Source of the DNA: the human T2T-CHM13v2.0 reference genome, Homo sapiens
DNA length: 64,000 nucleotides
NCBI RefSeq assembly: GCF_009914755.1
Contig: NC_060926.1
Reading direction: 5' to 3' (one strand)
Shown here: positions 54,835 through 64,000 of the stretch, one piece after another
How the letters are laid out: every line of letters starts with the position of its first letter
Position numbering within the stretch: the stretch's first letter is position 1
Made by a program: the position numbers and the translations under genes
Notes under the pieces: generated by a model
What the model was told of the DNA's origin: nothing
The model's input: only the letters and a program-made list of their open reading frames with translations
The model's database searches: none

Positions 54835-56168
54835 GGGCATCGATCTCAGTCAATTGTCCCACCACCTACTCTGTTCTCAGGCTAAAAACTTTGGAGGCAT
54901 CCCTGCCTCCTCCCTTTTTCATGGAATTCTCATCCAATCCATTAGCCAACATCATTGGTTCTACCTTTAAATGTATCTTATCACCTGTAATAGAAAATCC
55001 TTAGATGCAGCCACATCCTTGTCTCACCTGCATGACTGCAATACCCTCCCAACATGTCCCCCACTTCCACCCTTGCCTCACTATAGTTCACACAGCAGCC
55101 AGTGTGATCCTTTAAAATGTAATCCATATCACGTCATGCTTCTGCTCAAGACCTGCAGTGGCTCCCTATTTCGCTCAGAGTAAAATTCCAAGTCTTGCCC
55201 TATCCTGCAAAGCCTGTGTGATGTGGCTCCCTGCTACCCCTCTGACCCCATGCTTCTCCTCATCATGCACTCCAGCAACTCTGGTTTCCTTGCAGGCTCC
55301 CACCTTTGAAACTTTGCACCTGCTATCTCATCTACCCAAAATATCCCAATCCCCTAACATATACACAGAGATCATTCTCTCACTTCCTTTATGACTTCTG
55401 CAAAACCTCCACCTTGTCAAGAGAGACCTTCCTTGATCATCCTTTCTAAAAATGCACTGCTAGTCTGTCTCTATCCCCTCATTTTTTTTTATCTTTCTTC
55501 ATAGTACTTATTGCAACTTGATGTATCGTAAGTCATACATCTAATTTAATTAAATTGCCTCCTCCCTTTTTCATGCCCTTCTCATCCAATCCATTAGCCA
55601 ACATCATTGGTTCTACCTTTAAATGCATCTTATCACCTATAATAGAAACTCCTTAGACCCAGCCACATCCATGTCCCACCTGCATCGCTGCAATACTCTC
55701 CCAACAATACCAGTTCAGTTTATGAATGGAAATAAACTCAGTTAACTTTCACTTAACAATTTAATTTAATAACAATTTAATTAAATTAGATGTATGACCT
55801 AAGATACATCAAGTTGCAATAAGTTATGACATTATTAAGTTAAATGTATGACCTAGTAATTAAATGTATATATTGGTGTGTTGTATATATATCATATAAT
55901 AATATATGGTATTAATTGTATATTAACAGACTATAATATATTTGTTATATGTTATAATTATATGATATATAATGTATATATTATGCACACATATATATTT
56001 AGTTACTGATTTACTATTTGACTTCTCAACTAGAAGGTAAACTTCTTGAGGATGGGGAATTTATCGGTTTTGTTTGCTGCTGCATTTCCAGCACTCATAA
56101 CAGTGCCTAGCACGCAGAATATGCTCAATAAACTTTTGTTGAATAAATATATGAATGACTGAATGAAA
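54835..56168 (+). mobile_element. L2, disrupted by a complex local rearrangement
   Basis: L2 body (cacacagcagccagtgtgatcctttaaaatg) and 3' end (actagaaggtaaacttcttgagg...ttgttgaataaat). Confidence 0.75.
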
Positions 56169-56404
56169 GAGGCTTGGTAAGCTAATGATGCATAGTCCAA
56201 ACAACAATGAACTGAAATAAACTCAGTTAACTTTCACTTAGCAAGAAATGTTAACCTAATAGAAAACAGCATTCCCCAAATTCCTTGAGGTTTTATGTTA
56301 CCAGAAAATTTCTTGATTTATTTTGTATTTTCCTTAGAATATCAACCCTGATATGACAGATACACTTTAGCTCCTTGGCAGAAAAATGTCATGCTAGTAA
56401 GGTC

Positions 56405-56948
56405 TTGGGGTAGGTTGTTTCCAAAGATGACCACCAACAATGCCTTCTGTCCCTCAAATTTTGCTGGTCTTTTGATTTCTTTCCCCGATAGAATAAGATG
56501 GAAGTGATGTTTTACCAGCTCCAGACCTAAGCCTTAGGAAACTTTTCAAGCTTGTATTTTTGTCCTTTTAGAAGCAACTCACTATATATAGAAGTTTAGA
56601 CTAGATTACTGAATGATGAAAGTCCATAAACAGGAGAAAGAGGATATATTGGCGAGTACTGAGTTACCCTACAACACAGTCAACACCAAGACACCAAGCT
56701 ATTAGTGAGGCCATTTTGGATCCTCTAGCACCAATTGAGCCACCCCAGCCAATACCCCAAGAAACTAACTCTTAGCCCCTCGAGCCATCCCACTGGAGGC
56801 CCCAGATATTGTGGAGCATAAGCAAGCTATTCTTGCAGAATCATTCCTAAATACCAGACCAATACAATTATTTTCAAATAAAATGGCTATAATTTTGAAC
56901 TGCTAAATTTTGGGACTCCCTGCTATGTAGCAATAGATAAGTGAAACC
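56405..56948 (+). mobile_element. MLT1G/H-like LTR
   Basis: tttccaaagatgaccaccaaca...tgagccaccccagcc...gctatgtagcaatagataa. Confidence 0.7.
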
Positions 56949-58769
56949 AGTCTGACATATTAAAGAAGGATAATATTGAGAAATTTGGACATCTGAAGTT
57001 TACTCTTTGAAAATTTGATCGAGCTTAGTAAAATCATATTTATGTGTGGATTTATACACACACACAGTGTGTGTGTATATATATACATGCACACACATTT
57101 GTATATGTACATTGTAAATATATCTACACGTGTTTTCTGTCTTCATTTTACTAAAAAGATTAATATAAAATTAAGTACTCCACTAATAATACCTTGGAAA
57201 TTATAGTTTATTCTTTTCATATAATATCATGAAAGCCTTACAGTTTTTAAATGCCATGCATTTAACTGTTTTATTTGCTTGTTAGTTTATTTTATTGATT
57301 TAATCATCATTGTCAAATCAGTGATAAACGTCCATGGGTTGGAAAGTTTCTGAGAGAGGCCCCGCTGTGATATAATAACATGTACTTTGCCTCTCTTCTC
57401 ATATGATACTAAATTCTGACTTGGCTTAGATTTATTTCAGAGCGGCTCTTCCAGTCAGCTCTTCTCAGCTGTGTAGAAAAGAGCCACGCCCTTCTGCACG
57501 TGATTGCAGTGTGCTTCCCTGAGTTGATTTTGAGATACATTCAGAGGGTACTAGCTAATCCTGGCTTTATTACAAGAGGAACCTGAAAATCAAATATATT
57601 CAAGAAATTGAATTCCTATATCATTTTGTAGAAATGAGTGAGAGCAGGAATGCGGGTCAGAGAATGGTGCCAAGAAATCAAATGGCTCAGTGATGAAGCC
57701 CTACAAAGATTAGGAACCACTGGTGTAGATAATTTCCACTTCTTTTTAACCATACATTTCTTTTGGAGAATCTGCAAAATACGCCTTGGATGGTCTTTGG
57801 GATTACATTGGATCAAGACATGTAAAAAGCTGCTCAGAGTCTTAGAGAGATTACTGTGCTGTAAGGAGATTTGCTTTATTGATCCTATTTTATTACTTTG
57901 AAAATGGAAAAACCATGCTTTTGTCAATCATGTGAAATAGGAAAGTAAAATCAAATAGTTGGTTTGGTTTTCTCAGAGTAAGGAAAAATAATTCACAGCA
58001 AAAATGAAAAATGAAAGTTCTTTTCAAGTAACTCTTATTACCAGTTAGAAATATGTTTTTGTTATTTTCCCTTGAAAGGAGAAAGACTATCATATAAAAG
58101 AATACTAATTTCATTCTCAATAAATATGCATTTGTTGAATATGATGCCTTGTATATAGTTAATTATAATGTATTATCCAATGTCAAGCACTGTTATATAA
58201 GCTTAAGCTCAAAAACTTGTTTTTAATTCATGAAACAATATTTATGTTACTCTTCAAGTATTATTGAACCTTTATTCTTTAGTCTGTATGTATTTTTTGA
58301 ATTTTAGTAGTATTGTAAAACCTAAAAATATTTTTTCTACTCCACATCCCCAACTTTTTAAGTATTATCATAATACAATTTTTAGCCTGAGAATGCTTTT
58401 GGATATATTTTTGCTTTTTCTATTTGATGAGAAAATGCTCCTCTATCAAAAAATAAATTTTGCTAAAAGATTTATTAGAGAATGCTGTTAATTTATTAGA
58501 GGAAGCTGTTAACGTGTTATTGTGATCACTGGTGGTAAGTTTCTTCAAGAAGTTTTGGCAATAACATTTAGCTTAGCATTTTTTTCTATATAAACTAGAA
58601 CAGATTTATGGAAGAAAAATTGGAAAATTCAGAAAAACATAAAAAAGGAAGCCAGAGACACACATACTTTCTCTTTTTCTCAGAGGATGTCAATCCTGTC
58701 AGTTGTTAGATATACTATCCATAGATTTGGGTGCCTGTGTATGTTAAAATTGAACCACCTAAGACATAG

Positions 58770-59161
58770 TGTATTAGTCCATCCTCACACTGCTATAAAG
58801 ATACTGCCTGAGACTGGGTAATTTATAAACAAAAGAGGTGTAATTGACTCACAGTTCCTCATGGCTGGGAAGGCCTCAGGAAACTTACAATCATGGTGGA
58901 AGGAGAAGGGGAAACAAGGCATGTAAGAAAAATCTTATATGGCAGCAGGAGACAAAAGAATGTGTGAAGGAGGAACTGTCAAACACTTATAAAACCATCA
59001 GATCTCATGAGAACTCACTTGCTATGATGAGAACAGCATGGGAAAAACTGCCACCATGATCCAATCACCTCCCACCAGGTCCCTTTCTCGACACCTGGGA
59101 ATTACAATTTGGATTACAATTCAAAGTGAGATTTGGGTGGATACACAGCCAAACCATATGA
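58770..59161 (-). mobile_element. THE1D-like solo LTR (MaLR)
   Basis: tgtattagtccat...gagactgggtaatttataaa...aaaaccatcagatctcatgagaactcact...cacagccaaaccatat. Perfect TSD CATAG (58765-58769, 59162-59166). Confidence 0.9.
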
Positions 59162-60025
59162 CATAGAGTGTTTGAAATTGCTATGTTCACTCAAAACAAT
59201 GTAAGCAGTTTTCCAAGACATTATTATTTCAATTTCACATTTAGTGACTCTACATGTATGTCCATTTTGTGAGTGGGCTGTCATTTATTGAACCAGTCCT
59301 CTTTTGTTGAACTTTTAGGTTGTTTTGCATCATGGTTGTTGTAATTAACACTGTGATAAGTGGTCCTCATATATAAATTTTCTTGCTCATCTTGAATTGT
59401 TTCCATGGGATAGACTCTTCAAAAGATCCTTGGGTCCATTAGTATGAATCAGAAAAATCTCTCAGCCGTATCATACAAACTTTAGAAAACAATCTCAAAG
59501 TAAACAGAGTATAGCAAAAGACACCTACTATCCCCCATTTAAAACCATGCGAATTTCTATGGCATTTGGAGCGAGGTGGGCTTTTAGGCAGAGGGAAACC
59601 TGTAGTCTATGTTCAAAGGCACAAAGTGACAGAAAAGGTACAGGAATTCAGTCTGATTGGCATTTTGGTGAAAAGAGACTGGTGGCAAGGGAGGCAGGGC
59701 TAGGTGAAGGAAGAACTCAGATGTCAAGCAAAGACATGAGTCTTATTCTGCAGAAGATTAGGAGCCATCAAAGGAGTGTAAGTATTAGTGCAAAAAGAAC
59801 CACTTTTCACTGGAAAAAAGGTAACTAGGCAAGCTGGAGGAGCACCACTAGAAGCAGGAGGATAGGCAGGAGCTGCTTATAATAGTTCTAGGCCTGAACT
59901 AGAGCAGCTGGAAATAGAGAGGAGAACACAGTTCATGAGTTTGAACTGAAAGGCCTAGGGCTCAATGTTGGAGGAGAGGGAGGGCAGAGGAGAGAGAGAG
60001 AGAGCTTGGAAGAGGGGGAGCAGGG

Positions 60026-60485
60026 TGTTGTTTTGGTTCGGGTCCTCTGAGGAGTAGCCTCCATGATGGGATTTGACACAAAAAGATTTCATGGAAAAAT
60101 GTCTGTATGGAATAATGGGTGAAGGAGCGGGAATAGGCAGACCATGGTAAAGTCCTAGGAAAGGGGAGAAGGAAGAAAGGATTGGGTAGAAAGAGGTCCA
60201 GACTTTAGCACAGGTCAAAGGAAGTTTTGGCCATGCTGGTGTACAGTATTTGAGCAAATATTGCCCCTTAGAAGAACCCCACATCAGTCAGGAACAAGCT
60301 GGCTAATGCTAATATCCCCTTATGCTCAGTCACTGGCTGAGAGCAACTTGCCGGGAGCCTGGCCTCGATGCTAAGCTGGCAGTGGACCCCACAGGGCAGC
60401 AGCTGGGGCTCAGTCAGCAATGCCCCCTCCCACAGCAGGGTCTCTTAAAGAACATCTGAGCTTCACACATCCATGGTACCACCAC
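60026..60485 (-). mobile_element. LTR16-like ERVL LTR
   Basis: tgttgttttggttcgggtcctctgaggagtag...gcagcagctggggctcagtcagc. Confidence 0.5.
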
Positions 60486-60649
60486 TGTTAACTGCTTTCT
60501 GGCCTGGGTGGTGCATGAAACATGCTAAGTGTAAAATCAATCCTGGTGTAAGCCTAGGTTTCCAAGAGTATAATTAAGCAAGGTGGGGAAAAATCATTTC
60601 TTGTTACAGAGAGAGGGAAATGTTACAGAGAAAGGACAGTTAAATCAGG

Positions 60650-60860
60650 CAGCCCTACTTTGCTTTCTGACACTATCAATTTATAACTTTGGGACTTTGA
60701 CAGAGTGATCAAATTCTGTTATTCTCAATTCATAGTTTTTTATTCATAAAGTGGGAATTAAGAATACATACCTCACATAGATTTTCTGAAGATTATTTGA
60801 TATCTTGGATATATGCCATTGCTTTTGGCACAAGGTAGACATTCAGTGGTTATTAGTTTC
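60650..60860 (+). mobile_element. MIR
   Basis: ttcataaagtgggaattaagaatacatacctcacatagatt...ggcacaaggtagacattcagt. Confidence 0.6.
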
Positions 60861-61269
60861 ATAATATCTGGCAGATTATCTTATTGTTCCAGACTTGTGA
60901 CATAGCCAGAGTGCATAGGTATAAATTGTTCTTTCAGTTTGCTTAGTGCAAAAACTCCTTCACTCCTAGAGCTTATGGAGAAGCTATTCATTTGTCTTCC
61001 TAGCATGCCCATTTATATTCTGAGTTTCACACCATTAATAGATAAAACCTCAGGAGCTAAGAAGATGGTTGTCAGAAAAGCCAGTGGGAAGTGCTTCCAC
61101 TGACAAAATGGCCAGAAGTGCTGGAACACTCTGCAGACTTTACAATTGCAGATTTTAAAATTCTGGGTGTGGCCAATGCTACCTTATTTAAGTAAAAGCT
61201 AAGGGTCTTATAAACTGATTTTTAACTGGCAAGATCGGTAGTAAAGTTATTGTAAGCTCAGGTTTTAAT

Positions 61270-61400
61270 TTTTCTTATACTATTCAGATAGGTGGGGATA
61301 GGTCCCAGGCACTAACAGCTTTATAAAGCTCCCGGCTGATTCTATTGAGTATTTTTGTTTTATTTTTTATGCCTTTTATTATGGGTTTGAGAACCATTGA
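61270..61400. mobile_element. MER5-like MITE fragment
   Basis: aagctcccggctgattct...tttgagaaccattg. Confidence 0.5.
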
Positions 61401-61472
61401 TCTTGACCAGTAATATTGCCTTCTCAAACAGCCTCAGTGTCACTATTAAACATTTAGTTATATTTGTTTAGA

Positions 61473-61473
61473 T

Positions 61474-61508
<35 letters not shown>

Positions 61509-61731
61509 TTTTTTTTTTTTGAGACAGAGTCTTGCTCTGTCGCCCAGGCTGGAGTGCAGTGGTGCGATCTCGGCTCACTGCAGCCTCTGCCTCCCAGGTA
61601 GCTGGGATTACAGGCACATGCCACTACACCCAGCTAATTTTGGTATTTTTAGTAGAGACGGAGTTTTGCCATGTTGGCCAGGCTGGTCTCGAACTCCTGA
61701 CCTCAGGTGATCCGCCTGCCTCAGCCTCCCA
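61473..61731 (-). mobile_element. AluS, slightly 5'-truncated, internal deletion, (TTTA)n tail
   Basis: Antisense Alu lacking the segment between the two gcctccc repeats of the right arm. Confidence 0.95.
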
Positions 61732-63514
61732 TGATTAATTTTTTAAGTATAACTGAGATTTTTAAAAAACAAAAACAAACAAAAAACATGTTCCTCTCAA
61801 TACCGTGGAGCCCCTCTACTGGAAGCCCAAGAGGATTTGGCAAAAGAGACCCTTGGGAAGGTAGGCAGAGCTGCTTAATGGCACTTAGCTTACCTAAGGC
61901 AACAGAGAATCAATAGCCTCTCCAGAGTTGGCCTTGCAAGTCTAATCCCAGCAGCTCACCTCATGCACTGTGTATGAGGTATGAGAGGAAATAATGACTT
62001 CACCCTCCTCTCCTGTTAACTGTTAGAAACTCAGGGTTTCTACTATGGAAACGTCTAAACCCACTGAATTTGGAAAATACCTTTGGAAAAAAATAATTTC
62101 TACTCACAAGAATATACAAACTTTAGAGAACAACTTTGAAACAAGATAATTTCTAAGACTGAATTTAGAATTGTTGTGTAGAAAATATAATTTGGCTTGG
62201 TTATCTTTTTACTCTTTCGGTTATCTATGTGTCTCTCTGCCTGTAGAGAGGGTTCTGGTCTGGAATAACTTGCTGAGGGGAGCACTGAACTCAAACACCT
62301 TCTTGTACAATTCTACCCCTCCAGCTTGCAACCTACAAGACCCACTATTCCTAGGAAAAGCAGTCCACCCTCAAAGCAGCAAGATGCAAGAAGAGATAGT
62401 CTTGCTTAGAGGGCTATGAAGTTAAACAATACTGGCTTTGAAAGCTGGTGCTGGTATGTACTAATAACAAATCCTTGGACAACTCACATAACCTGTCTAA
62501 TTTATCAATTTTCTCATTGATAAAATTGGTGCAGTATAATAATAATGCACATTTATATTCATTCCCTAGGACACAAATGGCAAACCTGATAAACAGGCAC
62601 TGGAGAGGATCCAGTGTCCCTGACACACTTGGGCGTAATCTAAAGGTAGTGGGACATGAATGAAGATGGAGAAAGGGATTTGACACAAAAAGCTGTTTGC
62701 TACTTTGGCCAGGTCTGGGTCTCCCGTAGTGTCTGTGTGTGCTTTTCATTTTCAGGCAGAAGTCAACCATATTTGTAAGAGCCTGAGATCACATTTTCTC
62801 TTGGGAGTTATAAGCAACCTGGCTTCACTCAGGCACCAGTTTGGGTGGCTAACTTGAACCTTGGCCTTGAAATAAAGAAGTAAAACGAATTGAGAGTAAT
62901 GAGCTAACCGGTGATTCCAAATGTAAGTTAAATCTTGTTTGGAATGGAATTATCCACCCTCTTTGAACTGTCACTCCACCAGGTTTTTTAGGAATCATTT
63001 GCTGATTCCGATTCCCTACTACGTGTTGAGTTCTGCTGCAAACATGGAAACAAAATGCAGAAAGAGGCTTTGAAGGAGTTTACAGTATAATTGGGGAAAC
63101 AAGATATGAAGGCTTACTTTGTTTTTCTCTTTCGTGTGTGTTCCTAATGTCAACAGGAGTAGTTCAGATACTAGAATCAAGTAGATTTTAGAAGAAGGGA
63201 ATAAAATGTTTCTAAGGCTTGTGGAAGCCTGGGTATGTTTATGAATGAGGTTTGAGAAAGGTTAGATGGGAAAAAGAAACTGCATTACTTTTTAGAATGA
63301 AAGTAGAATAGACTTGGCTAACACAATTTTTGCTAAGAAAAGTGGCAAAAATCATTAAAGCAGTGGATGGAGGAATGATAAGGTTGGACTGGACCTTGAA
63401 GGCAATGAGCAACTACTGATTGTTTCTTCAGAGGTGAGGAAATGGAATGTGATAAGTGTGATACTTATTCTTAGCAAAACTACAATACTTTAATATATGT
63501 ACATGATAATAAAT

Positions 63515-63660
63515 ACAACAAATAACATTTGCTATGTGCATATTATATCCTGGATATTGCTCTAAGTGCTTCCCATAAATGGAAATTATTTAATTAAGTA
63601 ATAACCTTAGTGATAGGTACTCATAATGTCCCATTTCAGATGGGAAGTAGGAACTTGTAG
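63515..63660 (-). mobile_element. MIR
   Basis: ttgctctaagtgct...ataaccttagtgataggtactcataatgtcccatttcagatggg. Confidence 0.65.
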
Positions 63661-64000
63661 GGAGATTGTTCTGGTGGTGATACATTGCAAAGATCAGGTG
63701 GGGCAAAGACACTGAGGCAGGGAACCTGGGGTGGAAGTCGGCAAGACAGCCAGACAAAGACATCAAGCCCTGAGTCTAGATTAAGGCTGTGCTATCTGAC
63801 ACGTTATTCTTGAATGTGAAGAGAAATGTCCAGGTTAAATATTAAATGTAGATGAAATAATTAATGTAGATAAAGCCCTATTTGGTCCATTGATTAACAG
63901 GGGCAAAGACTCTCCTTTGTAAAGTCAAAGGGCACCGAATTTTCTGACATCGACAGAGAAGCCCAAATACCACATTTCTTAGGGCTCCTCTGAAGGTGTT

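Noticed and set aside
57053-57079. 13-bp-arm palindrome tatacacacacac-a-gtgtgtgtgtata
   Set aside because: Low-complexity (CA)/(TG) juxtaposition, common in primate genomes.

Overview
Primate (probably human) AT-rich non-coding genomic DNA, intronic or intergenic. No protein-coding gene, rRNA, tRNA or CRISPR array is supported, and the ORF track is chance ORFs plus decayed L1, Alu, L3 and hAT reading frames. Roughly half the window (by eye) is interspersed repeat: nine Alus, a near full-length old L1PA (28.2-33.8 kb, -), the 5' half of a second L1PA (43.5-46.3 kb, -), many L1M/L2/MIR/L3 fragments, solo LTRs (MLT2B, MER4D-like, several MLT1, THE1D, LTR33/LTR16-like, several with intact TSDs), DNA-transposon MITEs (MER20, MER30, MER1A), a 7SL retropseudogene and a near full-length fossil hAT (BLACKJACK-like) transposase. 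I found no new gene system. The most unusual signal is four independent locally templated rearrangements (at about 23.2, 32.5, 40.4 and 55.5 kb) whose donor sequences lie inside the window and which look like template-switch/MMBIR/Pol-theta scars. There is also a candidate recursive splice site and a candidate microexon on the + strand. Repeat subfamily names come from my recollection of consensus sequences and need RepeatMasker/Dfam confirmation.
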